Shown here piece by piece: positions 12,463 through 21,852 of a DNA stretch of 64,000 nucleotides. The stretch comes from Candidatus Lindowbacteria bacterium RIFCSPLOWO2_12_FULL_62_27 (GTDB taxonomy: Bacteria > Lindowbacteria > 2-12-FULL-62-27): assembly GCA_001784175.1 (NCBI GenBank), contig MFPR01000020.1, forward strand, positions 1 through 64,000, read 5' to 3'. The notes under the pieces were generated by a model. It was not told where the DNA came from. It searched no databases and saw nothing but the letters and a program-made list of their open reading frames with translations. The position numbers and the translations under genes are program-made. Numbering within the stretch: the stretch's first letter is position 1; each line of letters opens with the position of its first letter.

Positions 12463-13145
12463 TTCGGCGTTTCCTCCACCAGATTCAACACGTCGGATGT
12501 CATGAAGAAATAATCTCCGGTATAGCCCGCCTCCTTCAACACTTCCTGCCACTCGTCCACATGAAGGATCGTGGCGCCGAGGACCGACCACATCTTGAAC
12601 AGTTTGAATCCTTGCTCGTCCCGGTAGGATCCCAGCGTGATGAAACTTTTTCCTTTTCCCACCCGCCCAATTTCCCTGAGGCAGGAGAGGGCGTCGGCGA
12701 GCGTCATCGTATAGACGACGCCGACCGCGATGACGAGATCGAATTCGTGGTCCTGGAACGGCAGTTTCTCAAACCGGCCCTGCGTGATCAGCGGCCGGAC
12801 CGACGGCATCGAATTTTCGATCGCGTAGGGGGACACTTCGTACCCCCGGAGTTTCATGCCGGGAAACCGTTCCTTGAAATCGTGCAACAGAAACCCTTTC
12901 TCGCAGCCGATCTGGAGGACGGCCGAATTTTCGTTGAGGCCGTACTCCCGCGTCATCGTATCGACGACCGCTTTCCACCGGCCGTCGTACCGGTATCCGC
13001 CGTAGCCGTTGTTCCGGTCGCCGTCGTAATACTCCCGGTCGCGGTACGAGGCCGCGATCCGGTTGCGGATGCCGCGAAGGTGCGGGCCCACATACCGGGG
13101 CTTGCCGGGCTGCGGATAAGCGCCGAGCGCGTTGAATTCTCTCAT
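12459..13145 (-). CDS. class I SAM-dependent methyltransferase
   Basis: EYYDGDRNNGYGGYRYDGRW, VLQIGCEKGFL and LPFQDHEFDLVI motifs. Confidence 0.85.
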   Translation of the reverse strand: MREFNALGAYPQPGKPRYVGPHLRGIRNRIAASYRDREYYDGDRNNGYGGYRYDGRWKAVVDTMTREYGLNENSAVLQIGCEKGFLLHDFKERFPGMKLRGYEVSPYAIENSMPSVRPLITQGRFEKLPFQDHEFDLVIAVGVVYTMTLADALSCLREIGRVGKGKSFITLGSYRDEQGFKLFKMWSVLGATILHVDEWQEVLKEAGYTGDYFFMTSDVLNLVEETPK

Positions 13146-13915
13146 GGCGTCACATACCCCTTCCCCTCGCCGGCGTCGATCGGAACCAGGCATCCGCCCA
13201 TCATGGAGGCGGCGTCGGAACAGAGAAGCATGACGAGCGGGATCAGTTCCTCGGCCTTTCCCAAAAATCCCCGCGGCAGCCGCTCCGCGACAAACCGGCT
13301 GACCACCTCCGGGCTCTTCGACTCCAGGCGCATCCACGAATTACCGGGCGCATAAAACCCGCCCGGCAAAATTCCGGTCACCACAATCCCGCTCGGCGCC
13401 AGCTCCCGGCCCAGGGACCGCACATAGGCGGCGAGCGCCGACTTGACGGTGTTGTATCCCACCGACGCGGTCGCTTCGCTGGAGGCGATGGAGCCTACGT
13501 GGACCAGGTTACCGGATTTTTTCTCGACCATGCCCGGCGCCACCCGGCGGTTGATTTCCGTCGCGACGAGGACGTTCAGCGTAAACAGTTTTAAAAAATC
13601 AGAGGAAGACAGAAGCGGTTCCCGCAGCCCCAGACCGCCGCCCGCCACGTGCAGCACCACGTCGATGCCGCCCAAAAACGATTTCGCCTGATCGACCGCC
13701 GCCCCAAGCCGGTCGAAATCGGTCAAATCGACGGGCAAGCACGCGTGCCGCTCGGGGCGCGCGCACGAATCCCGCACCTTTGCGAGATCCGCTTCCGTCC
13801 TCGCCATGAGCGCCAGCGAGGCGCCGGCGCCTGCCAGGGCGCGTGCGCACACGGAGCCGAGCCCCCGGGACGCGCCGGTCACGAGGATGCGCTTGTCCTG
13901 CACGCCGGTCGACAT
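13142..13915 (-). CDS. SDR family oxidoreductase
   Basis: LVTGASRGLG, GSIAS and YNTVK motifs. Confidence 0.9.
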   Translation of the reverse strand: MSTGVQDKRILVTGASRGLGSVCARALAGAGASLALMARTEADLAKVRDSCARPERHACLPVDLTDFDRLGAAVDQAKSFLGGIDVVLHVAGGGLGLREPLLSSSDFLKLFTLNVLVATEINRRVAPGMVEKKSGNLVHVGSIASSEATASVGYNTVKSALAAYVRSLGRELAPSGIVVTGILPGGFYAPGNSWMRLESKSPEVVSRFVAERLPRGFLGKAEELIPLVMLLCSDAASMMGGCLVPIDAGEGKGYVTP

Positions 13916-13917
13916 GC

Positions 13918-14433
13918 CTATCCGCGCGCCTTCAGGACCTGCAGGGTTGCTTTCATGAAATCGCCGTTGTTGCGGTAGTGCGGCGCCGTCACGAGATTGC
14001 CGTCGACGACCACGTTCTGATCCAAGTAGGTGGCGCCGGCGTTGCGAATATCGTCGGCGATTGACTGATACCCCGTCGCCCGCCGGCCTTTGAGAATGCC
14101 CGCCGAAACGCAAATCCAAGGCCCGTGACAGATGGCCGCCACGACTTTGCCGCTGTCGTACATCTCCTTCACGAATTGGAGGACTTCCTTCCGGAGCCTC
14201 AACCGGTCCGGCGCCTCAAAGCCGCCGGGCAAAATCACGAGATCGTAGTCGGCCGCCTTGAGGTCCCGAGTATCGACCGTGGGCCGGGCGGGCACGCCAT
14301 ACTTGCCGAACACAGCCGCCTTGTCGGGCGTCGCCACCTCCACCGCGATGCCCTCTTCGAGCAGGCGGTAATAGGGGTAGGTGAATTCCTCGTCCTGAAA
14401 ATTCTGCGCGGTAATGATCACGGCTTTTTTCAT
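13918..14433 (-). CDS. PfpI/DJ-1 family protein (type 1 glutamine amidotransferase-like)
   Basis: FQDEEF, LVILPGG, AAICHGPW and VVVDGNLVT motifs. Confidence 0.9.
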   Translation of the reverse strand: MKKAVIITAQNFQDEEFTYPYYRLLEEGIAVEVATPDKAAVFGKYGVPARPTVDTRDLKAADYDLVILPGGFEAPDRLRLRKEVLQFVKEMYDSGKVVAAICHGPWICVSAGILKGRRATGYQSIADDIRNAGATYLDQNVVVDGNLVTAPHYRNNGDFMKATLQVLKARG

Positions 14434-14446
14434 CGGAAAATGACTA

Positions 14447-15106
14447 TCACAAGGCCGGCGGCGGCGTCAAATCCGTGAAATCGTCAAACCACGGAACGCC
14501 TCCGATGATTCGCCAATCGACCATGCCGGAATTGCGCCCGACGAAATCGATGCCGACCGCGCGCGCGGCGGTGAGGTCGTTGAGCGTGTCGCCAATAAAC
14601 ACGCATTCACGGGCCTGCCACTTCTGTGTCCCCAGGAGCCGCTGCAGATTTTCCTCCTTGCGCGCCGGCGAGCCGAGGATTTCGGCGAAATAACCGCGGA
14701 GGCCTCTGGCTTGGCACACCGATCGCAGTTCCTCCTGGTCCGACCCCGAGACGATAGCGAATCGGCCCGGGCGGTGGAACCGCGCCAAAAACTCGATTGA
14801 TCCTTTCACCGCTTCAGCTTCGATGACGCGGCGCTTCACCAGATCCGAATAACGCGCAGACCACTCCACCACCTTTTCTTCCGACACCGGCTCGCCTATG
14901 AGTTCCTTGAAAAAATACCGGATCTTTTCATACCGCGACATTCCCCCATTCGCCTCCGCGTATCGCACCATCGCATCGACTTTGGATTCCGGGAACCCCT
15001 GAAACAGCAATCGGAACCCGTCGACACGAATCGGGTTCGTGTCGGCGAGGACGCCGTCGAAATCGAAAATCAGGCGCGGATACCGCAGGATGTCAGGCGG
15101 CGGCAT
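14447..15106 (-). CDS. HAD-family hydrolase/phosphatase
   Basis: IFDFDGVLADT, IVSGS, GSP..K and FIGDTLND motifs. Confidence 0.88.
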   Translation of the reverse strand: MPPPDILRYPRLIFDFDGVLADTNPIRVDGFRLLFQGFPESKVDAMVRYAEANGGMSRYEKIRYFFKELIGEPVSEEKVVEWSARYSDLVKRRVIEAEAVKGSIEFLARFHRPGRFAIVSGSDQEELRSVCQARGLRGYFAEILGSPARKEENLQRLLGTQKWQARECVFIGDTLNDLTAARAVGIDFVGRNSGMVDWRIIGGVPWFDDFTDLTPPPAL

Positions 15107-16214
15107 GCGCGAACTTGCGGAGAACGTCGGCCGGCAGATGAACGCCAAGTCCCGGCCGGGTCGGCACGCGGACAAATCCGCGCTCCATCTTCAAGGGCTC
15201 TTCCAAAAGCTCGTGATAAACGGCGTTTTCGGAACAGTCGAACTCGAGCCACGAGGTGTTCGGCGTGGCGGCCATGAGGTGGAGCGTGGCGGCGAGGAGG
15301 ATACCGGAAGAGAAATTGTGCGGCGACACGCGGACGCCATACTCTTCCGCGAGGCCGCAAATCTTTTTCGTTTCGAGAATCCCACCCGCGCGCCCGATGT
15401 CCGGCATGGCCACGTCCACGGCGCGCAAATCGAAAAGCTGTTTGAATCCGTGGACGCAGAATTCGTTTTCGCCGGCCGCAAGCGCCATGCGCGTCCCGCG
15501 CCGCACCTCGACCAGGGCCTCCGCGGGGTCGGGCCGCACGGGTTCTTCCAGCCAGTAAATATCGAACGGCTCCCAGAGCTGCGCGGCGCGAATGGCATCC
15601 TGAGCAGAGTAGCCAGCGTTGAGATCGATCATGAGTTTCACGCCGACCCCGACCGCCTCCCGGAGGCTCCGCACCCGTATCGTCTCCTCCTCTGGCGGCC
15701 GGCATCCGATGTGCGCCTTGACGGCGCCGAATCCCCTGCGAACGATCTGTTCCGCGCGATCCGCCATCCTCGCCGGGTCCTCTTCCCAGTAGACGTCACT
15801 CGCGTACGCCTCGATCCGGTCCCGGGCCGGGGCCGAATCTTCGGCGGCAAGAAGCCGATGAACCGGCGCGCCGAGGGCCTTGCCTTTGATGTCCCAGCAG
15901 GCCATCTCGATGGCGCTGAACGCGCAGATCGCCGATCCCTTTCGTTCAAAGTAAACGTACGGCTCCATCAGCCTCTGCCGGATTCCCTCGATGTCGGTGG
16001 GATCCAAACCGACCGCGCGGGCCGCAAGATCGGCCTCGAGAATCGCCCGAATCACCGCGGCCTGGCCAACGCCCTCTCCCAAGCCGATCAGTCCCTCATC
16101 CGTGTGAACCTGCACGATCGCGTGCCGCCGAACATCAAATCCCCCGCGGGAAATCCGCATGGAGGAGGTCAGCCGGTTCTCGAGCAGGAATGTCCGGACT
16201 TCCGTGATTTTCAC
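15093..16214 (-). CDS. mandelate racemase/muconate lactonizing enzyme family (enolase superfamily)
   Basis: SAIEMACWDIKGKALG, LMIDLN, WLEEP, AAGEN, PDIGRAGGI and SPH motifs. Confidence 0.9.
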   Translation of the reverse strand: MKITEVRTFLLENRLTSSMRISRGGFDVRRHAIVQVHTDEGLIGLGEGVGQAAVIRAILEADLAARAVGLDPTDIEGIRQRLMEPYVYFERKGSAICAFSAIEMACWDIKGKALGAPVHRLLAAEDSAPARDRIEAYASDVYWEEDPARMADRAEQIVRRGFGAVKAHIGCRPPEEETIRVRSLREAVGVGVKLMIDLNAGYSAQDAIRAAQLWEPFDIYWLEEPVRPDPAEALVEVRRGTRMALAAGENEFCVHGFKQLFDLRAVDVAMPDIGRAGGILETKKICGLAEEYGVRVSPHNFSSGILLAATLHLMAATPNTSWLEFDCSENAVYHELLEEPLKMERGFVRVPTRPGLGVHLPADVLRKFAHAAA

Positions 16215-16287
16215 GCCGGCAGTTTACCACGCCCGACGCCACTCCGGTACTCTTGATTCGCCCCGCTTGTTTTGGTCAAATGGTTTC

Positions 16288-18864
16288 ATGCAGGAAAAGA
16301 TCAAAAAAATAACGGTCAGTTTGGCGGATAGGACCGAGGTGCAGAAGGTCCCGGTGGATCCTTCCACGCAGACAGACAACTCCTTTGACTATTCGAAGGT
16401 CGTGGTGAAGAAGCCGTGGGGGTACGAGTACCTGATGTACCAGAACGCACACATGGCCGTATGGATACTCTACATCAAAAAGGGGAACCGGACCTCCATG
16501 CACTGCCACCCGAAGAAGAAGACGTCGCTGGTGGTGCTGTCCGGCGAAGCCATCTGTTCCACGCTGGGCGAGAGAATGAAGCGGACGACCAGCGAGGGGC
16601 TCCTGATGGACAAAGGCGTGTTTCACAGCACGGAGTCGGTGTCCGACAGCGGCACGTTCGTCATGGAGATCGAGACCCCGAACCACAAGCGGGACCTGGT
16701 CCGGCTCGAGGACAAATACGGCCGGGTCGGCAAGGGCTACGAATCGGTCAGCGAGATGTCATTCAATCTCGACAATTACAACTACATCACGTTCATCGAA
16801 TCGAAGATCTATTACAACGTCCGGAAAAAATTCGGCACCTGCAGCCTGTCTCTGGCGAAATTCAGGACCTACGAGGAGTTCAAAAACAATTTCGAGCTCA
16901 AGGGCTGGGACGCCGTGAGCATCGTCAAGGGCAAGATCCTGGACGGCCGCGGCGCCGTCATCCTCGACGTCGGCGACACCGTGGATCTCGAAACCATCAA
17001 GTCCTTCCAGAACATTCAGATCGACGGCGAGATCGAAGTCATCGTGATCAAGCGGCGGGACACCATGGTGAAACTGTCGGATTATGTCGTAACGTTTATT
17101 GAAAAGGAAAAAGTGCGGGACGTGTTTCTCGTTCCCGGCCGGCCCAACGCCCACATCATCGACTCGATCGGGCGCAACACCAACATGCGGTACGTGTGTT
17201 TCAAGTCCGAGGAGGCCGCGACCATGGCGGCGGAAGGGGCATCCAAGCTGTCGAACCGCCCGGCCGTCGTGGTTCTTTCATCGGGAGCGTCCGGCACGAA
17301 CGCCCTGACCGGCGTGGCCGACGCCTGGGTCGACTCCACCCCGCTTCTTGTGATTTCCGGCCAGACGCGGACGGATGAGATCACCAGCGGCGCCGTCCGG
17401 CAGCTCGGCATCCAGGAGCTGGACATCGTGCAGATTGTCCGGCCCATCACCAAGTACGCCGTGCGAATCGAGGACGCGAACAGCATCCGCTACCATCTCG
17501 AGAAGGCGGTCCATCTGGCCAGAACCGGCCGGCCCGGGCCCGTGTGGATTGATCTGCCGTCGGACCTGCAGGGAATGGATATCGACGAGGATGAGCTGAA
17601 GCCGTTTCAACCGCCGGGCTCACCCGGCAGCGGCGGGGACGGGGAAACGGATGAGAAAATCGAAGAGGCGATCCGGCTGGTGCGCGAAGCCGAACGGCCG
17701 GTGCTGCTGGCCGGCAACGGCATTCGCCTTGCCGGCGCCCAGCAGAGCTTTCTTGAACTCGTGGACCGGCTGGCCCTCCCGGTGCTGACCTCCCGGCGCG
17801 GCGCGGACCTCATGCCCGACGATCATCCGCTGTTTTTCGGCCGGCCGGGCACGTACGGCCAGCGGAGCGCGAATTTCGTCATCCAGAACGCCGACGTCAT
17901 CCTGAGCATCGGCTCGAGACTGTCCCTCCCGCAAATCGGCCGGAACCCCAAGGCGTTTGCGCGGGCGGCCAGATTGATCGTGGTCGACATCGACAAACAC
18001 GAGCTGGGGAAACCGACCATCCGGCCGTATCAGGCCATCTGCTGTTCGGCCGGCGAGATGATCCGAAGGATGCAGGAAAAACTCAGCGAGGGCCAGCGGC
18101 GGGACATTTCCGCCTGGATTCAGAGATGCCGCGAGTGGCGTTCGAAATACACCGAGCCCCGCCCGAACGGACATCCGCCGGAGGACCGGCTCGACGCCTA
18201 CGCGTTTATCCGGATCCTGTCGCAATCGCTGAAACCCGGCGAGATCGTCTGCGTGGACGGCAAGGCGCCCCTGACGTTCGTCATGCACAGTTTCCGTTTC
18301 AAGGAGGGCCAGCGGCTTATTTCGGCCTCCGGCCTCGAAAACACCAGCTTTGCGCTGCCGGCGGCGATGGGCTCCTGCATCAACTCCAACGGCCGGGAGA
18401 TTGTCTGTCTCTGCGAATACCGCGGATTTCAGAAGAACGCGCAGGAACTGGAAACCGTCAACAAATACCGGCTTCCCATCAAGATTTTCATTCTCGACAC
18501 CGGCGGCTATTACATCAAGGACACCCAGCAGGACTATTTCGGCGGCCGATACGTGGCGTCGGAAAGCGAGGAAGGGATCACCGCGCCGGACATCCGCCAG
18601 ATCGGCGCCGCCTACAATCTTCCCGCCTTCCAGCTCAGCACGCGCCGCGACCTCGAGTCGAATCTTCCGGAGATCGTCCAAAAGCCGGGGCCGTTCATCT
18701 GCGACGTGCGGATCGACAAGAGCCAGAAGTTCGAGCCGAAAATCGTCTATACCGTGAAGCCGGACGGAAAATGGATCGCCAAACCGCTTGAAGACATGTA
18801 TCCTTTTCTGGATCGCGAGGAATTAAAGGCCAACATGATTGTCGATTTGCTCGAAGAGGAATAG
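16288..18864 (+). CDS. cupin domain fused to an acetolactate-synthase-like TPP protein with a degenerate TPP motif
   Basis: KPWGYEY...TSMHCHPKK cupin, followed by SGASGTN, RQLGIQE, GRPGPVWIDLP, QRSANF and PLEDMYPFL. Confidence 0.85.
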   Translation: MQEKIKKITVSLADRTEVQKVPVDPSTQTDNSFDYSKVVVKKPWGYEYLMYQNAHMAVWILYIKKGNRTSMHCHPKKKTSLVVLSGEAICSTLGERMKRTTSEGLLMDKGVFHSTESVSDSGTFVMEIETPNHKRDLVRLEDKYGRVGKGYESVSEMSFNLDNYNYITFIESKIYYNVRKKFGTCSLSLAKFRTYEEFKNNFELKGWDAVSIVKGKILDGRGAVILDVGDTVDLETIKSFQNIQIDGEIEVIVIKRRDTMVKLSDYVVTFIEKEKVRDVFLVPGRPNAHIIDSIGRNTNMRYVCFKSEEAATMAAEGASKLSNRPAVVVLSSGASGTNALTGVADAWVDSTPLLVISGQTRTDEITSGAVRQLGIQELDIVQIVRPITKYAVRIEDANSIRYHLEKAVHLARTGRPGPVWIDLPSDLQGMDIDEDELKPFQPPGSPGSGGDGETDEKIEEAIRLVREAERPVLLAGNGIRLAGAQQSFLELVDRLALPVLTSRRGADLMPDDHPLFFGRPGTYGQRSANFVIQNADVILSIGSRLSLPQIGRNPKAFARAARLIVVDIDKHELGKPTIRPYQAICCSAGEMIRRMQEKLSEGQRRDISAWIQRCREWRSKYTEPRPNGHPPEDRLDAYAFIRILSQSLKPGEIVCVDGKAPLTFVMHSFRFKEGQRLISASGLENTSFALPAAMGSCINSNGREIVCLCEYRGFQKNAQELETVNKYRLPIKIFILDTGGYYIKDTQQDYFGGRYVASESEEGITAPDIRQIGAAYNLPAFQLSTRRDLESNLPEIVQKPGPFICDVRIDKSQKFEPKIVYTVKPDGKWIAKPLEDMYPFLDREELKANMIVDLLEEE

Positions 18865-18876
18865 AGGAGGCTGCGA

Positions 18877-20676
18877 ATGATCCGGGTGGCGGATTACATC
18901 ATCTCGTTTCTGGAGGGCGCCGGTGTCCGGGATTTTTTCACCGTGTCCGGCGGCGGATCCATCTTTCTGGACGACGCGCTGGCCGCCAATCCGAACATCC
19001 GCTACTACTGCTGTCACCACGAGCAGGCGGTGGCGATGGCCACCGAGGGCTACGCGCGGGCGCGCGGGGACCTCGGGGTCTCCGTCGTCACCACGGGACC
19101 CGGCAGCACCAACGCCATCACCGGCGTCGCCGGTTCGTGGATGGATTCGGTCCCGCACATGGTCCTGTCCGGCCAGGTGTTCTTGAACCAGACCATCCGG
19201 AAGACCGGCGCGCGGCAGATCGGGGTCCAGGAGATCAACATCATCGACATTGTCCGCCCGCTCACCAAACTCGCGGTCATGGTCGAATCGGCGGACAAGA
19301 TCAAATACTTTCTGCAAAAGGCCGTGTACGTCGCGAAAGCCGGCCGGCCCGGGCCCGTGTGGCTCGACATTCCGGCCGACGTCCAGAACGCGCGGGTCCA
19401 CCCGGACGATCTGGTGTCCTTCGACCCGTCGGAACTCAAGCCGGCCGAATTCGACGCTCATTTAAAAGAGAAGGTCCGCGAGGCCGTCAACTTCTTGCGC
19501 GCGGCGAAACGGCCCCTCGTGCATGTGGGCCAGGGCGTGAGGATCGCCGGCGCCGCACAGGAATTTCGCCGGCTGATCGAGACCCACCGGCTGCCCTTCG
19601 TGTCGGCGCGGAACGTCAACGACATGATCGAGACCGACCACGATTTGTATGTGGGCCGGCCCGGCACATTCGCCCAGCGGGGCGCAAACTTTGCCGTTCA
19701 AAATTGCGACGTGTATCTCGCCGTCGGCACGCGGCTGTCCCTCCCGCAGACAGGCTATCGTTCGAAGGACTACGCGCGTCACGCGCGGCGGATCATGGTG
19801 GACATCGACCGGGCGGAACTGGAAAAGGACACGCTCGACATCCATTTGAAAATCCACGCCGACGCCGGCCGATTCCTCAGAGAACTCATCGACCAGCTCC
19901 AATCCGTCCAACTGAACACCACCTCGTGGGTCGAACAGTGCCGGCACTGGAAAAAGAAGTATCCGGTCGTGTTGCCTGAATACAAGGACCAGAAAGGCTC
20001 GGTCAATTCCTATTACTTCACCGACGTCCTGTCGGACCTCCTGGGGCCCGGGGACCTGATCGTGACGGACATGGGCATCGCCTTTCAGGGAACGCACCAA
20101 GCCTTTCGCGTGAAGAAGGGCCAGAGACTCTTCACCAATTGCGGCTACGCCGCGATGGGCTGGGGCTTGCCGGCCGCGGTGGGCGCTTGCATCGGCATCG
20201 GCAAAAAGCGGACGATCTGCATCGCCGGCGAAGGCGGTCTGCAGATGAACCTGCAAGAACTTGCCACCGTCATGCACAATAAACTTCCCATCAAATTATT
20301 CGTCCTCAACAACGGCGGGTATCTCACCATCAAACAGACGCAGGAATACGGATTCGGCGGCCGGCTCATGGGCTGCAACCAGGACAGCGGACTGAGCTTC
20401 CCGGACATGAAGTCGATCAGCGCCGCCTACGGGTTCGACTTTCTGAGGGTGAGTGACCAGAAAAATCTGAAATCGGCGGTCGAAAAGGCGATTTCGGGTC
20501 CCGGCCCGTTTGTCTGCGAAATCATGATGGACCCCAACCAGGCGCAAATCCCGAAATTCCTGGCCCGGAAAAATCCCGACGGATCAACCCTTCCCACGCC
20601 GCTCGAAGATCTCTATCCCTACCTGGACGAGGCGGAATTCAAGGAGAACATGGTAGCGCAACGGCCCAACGAATAG
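18877..20676 (+). CDS. thiamine pyrophosphate-binding protein (acetolactate synthase large subunit-like)
   Basis: HHEQA, TTGPGSTN, GRPGPVWLDIP, MGWGLPAAVG and AGEGGLQMN...LNNGGY motifs. Confidence 0.92.
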   Translation: MIRVADYIISFLEGAGVRDFFTVSGGGSIFLDDALAANPNIRYYCCHHEQAVAMATEGYARARGDLGVSVVTTGPGSTNAITGVAGSWMDSVPHMVLSGQVFLNQTIRKTGARQIGVQEINIIDIVRPLTKLAVMVESADKIKYFLQKAVYVAKAGRPGPVWLDIPADVQNARVHPDDLVSFDPSELKPAEFDAHLKEKVREAVNFLRAAKRPLVHVGQGVRIAGAAQEFRRLIETHRLPFVSARNVNDMIETDHDLYVGRPGTFAQRGANFAVQNCDVYLAVGTRLSLPQTGYRSKDYARHARRIMVDIDRAELEKDTLDIHLKIHADAGRFLRELIDQLQSVQLNTTSWVEQCRHWKKKYPVVLPEYKDQKGSVNSYYFTDVLSDLLGPGDLIVTDMGIAFQGTHQAFRVKKGQRLFTNCGYAAMGWGLPAAVGACIGIGKKRTICIAGEGGLQMNLQELATVMHNKLPIKLFVLNNGGYLTIKQTQEYGFGGRLMGCNQDSGLSFPDMKSISAAYGFDFLRVSDQKNLKSAVEKAISGPGPFVCEIMMDPNQAQIPKFLARKNPDGSTLPTPLEDLYPYLDEAEFKENMVAQRPNE

Positions 20677-20700
20677 TAGATTGCTTCGTTTCGCCATAGA

Positions 20701-20773
20701 GTCCTCGTCGTCTAGGGGCCCAGGACACCGCCCTTTCACGGCGGTAACACGGGTTCAAATCCCGTCGAGGACG
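20701..20773 (+). tRNA. tRNA-Glu (TTC)
   Basis: Acceptor stem GTCCTCG/CGAGGAC, anticodon arm CCGCC-CTTTCAC-GGCGG, T arm GGTTCAAATCC; CCA not encoded. Confidence 0.95.
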
Positions 20774-21852
20774 CTGTTCTTCAGATCGATCCGCTGACGG
20801 ACCGCCGCGAGCAAATCCATCGGCGGCGGAAGACACGTCGTCACGAGGGCCTGGCCGGCGTACGGAGTCAGAAAGGCCGTCACCGCCGCGCGGCGTTCCT
20901 CGTCCAGCTCGGAAAACAAATCATCAAACAGCAGGATGGGAAGCGACACACGGGAGAGACGTGCGGCCTCGATGCACTTGAGGGCCAGCGAGAGAATTCG
21001 GATCTCACCCTGGGAAAGCGTTTCCTGCGCCGGCAGATTCACATCCATCATGAGCACGTCGTCGCGGTGCGGTCCCACCGTCGTGTGGCCCGCCGCCCGG
21101 TCCTGCGCCCGATGGGAGATCAGCGCGCCGAGCAAGTCCTCCGCGGCCGTCTCCTGGATGCGGAGCCGGGTCCGCCCGGCCAGATGGGCGGCGCCGAGAG
21201 AGGCAAGCCTATCGGGCAGCGCGGCTTGGACTTCCTCGATCAATTTCCTGCGCCCAGACATGATTTCACCGCCGTCGCCGGCAAGCGTTTCGTCATACGC
21301 CAGTAGGGCGTGTTCGTCGAGTACCGATGAACCCGCTGCGCGCAGGAACGCGTTTCGATCCTCGAGCGCGCGTGTGTAGCGCCGGAGCCTGGAAAGGTAC
21401 TCCGGATTTTCCTGGGCCAGAATCCTGTCCATCCATTTCCTCCGCCGGGCCGGCTCGCCTGTGACCATCCGCATTTCCTCGGCCGAAAACAGGACGACCG
21501 GCGGCCGGCCGATCAGATCGCTTCTTCGAACAGGCCGGCCGTCCTCGTGAAACACGAGGGCCGACCCTGCCAAAAACGCAACGGACCGGACTTTGGGTTC
21601 GCCGGCGGCTCGCTCGACCTCAACGCGGAAATAAGGCGATCCACCGGTTCGGCACAGGAGAGACAACACTCGAATATCCCGCGCCGGCCGGCCGAGACAC
21701 AGGAGATACACCGACTCCAGGAGTGTGGACTTGCCGGAACCGTTGGGCCCCGAAATCAGCGTGAGGCCGGACTCGGCCAGCGTTACTTCGGCCTTTGCGA
21801 ATCTCCTGAAATTTTCGAGCGTGAGGCGGACAAAACTGTTGGCGGGTGTCAA
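20755..21852 (-). CDS. recF: DNA replication/repair protein RecF
   Basis: LENFR, GPNGSGKST, GEPARRRKWMD, GPHRDD, SQGE and LLFDDLFSELD motifs; TTG start overlapping the dnaN stop is inferred. Confidence 0.92.
   Translation of the reverse strand: MTPANSFVRLTLENFRRFAKAEVTLAESGLTLISGPNGSGKSTLLESVYLLCLGRPARDIRVLSLLCRTGGSPYFRVEVERAAGEPKVRSVAFLAGSALVFHEDGRPVRRSDLIGRPPVVLFSAEEMRMVTGEPARRRKWMDRILAQENPEYLSRLRRYTRALEDRNAFLRAAGSSVLDEHALLAYDETLAGDGGEIMSGRRKLIEEVQAALPDRLASLGAAHLAGRTRLRIQETAAEDLLGALISHRAQDRAAGHTTVGPHRDDVLMMDVNLPAQETLSQGEIRILSLALKCIEAARLSRVSLPILLFDDLFSELDEERRAAVTAFLTPYAGQALVTTCLPPPMDLLAAVRQRIDLKNSVLDGI

Noticed and set aside
11431-20773. tRNA-Glu-anchored integrative island
   Set aside because: The cluster abuts the tRNA 5' end, and I saw no integrase or duplicated tRNA 3' fragment.
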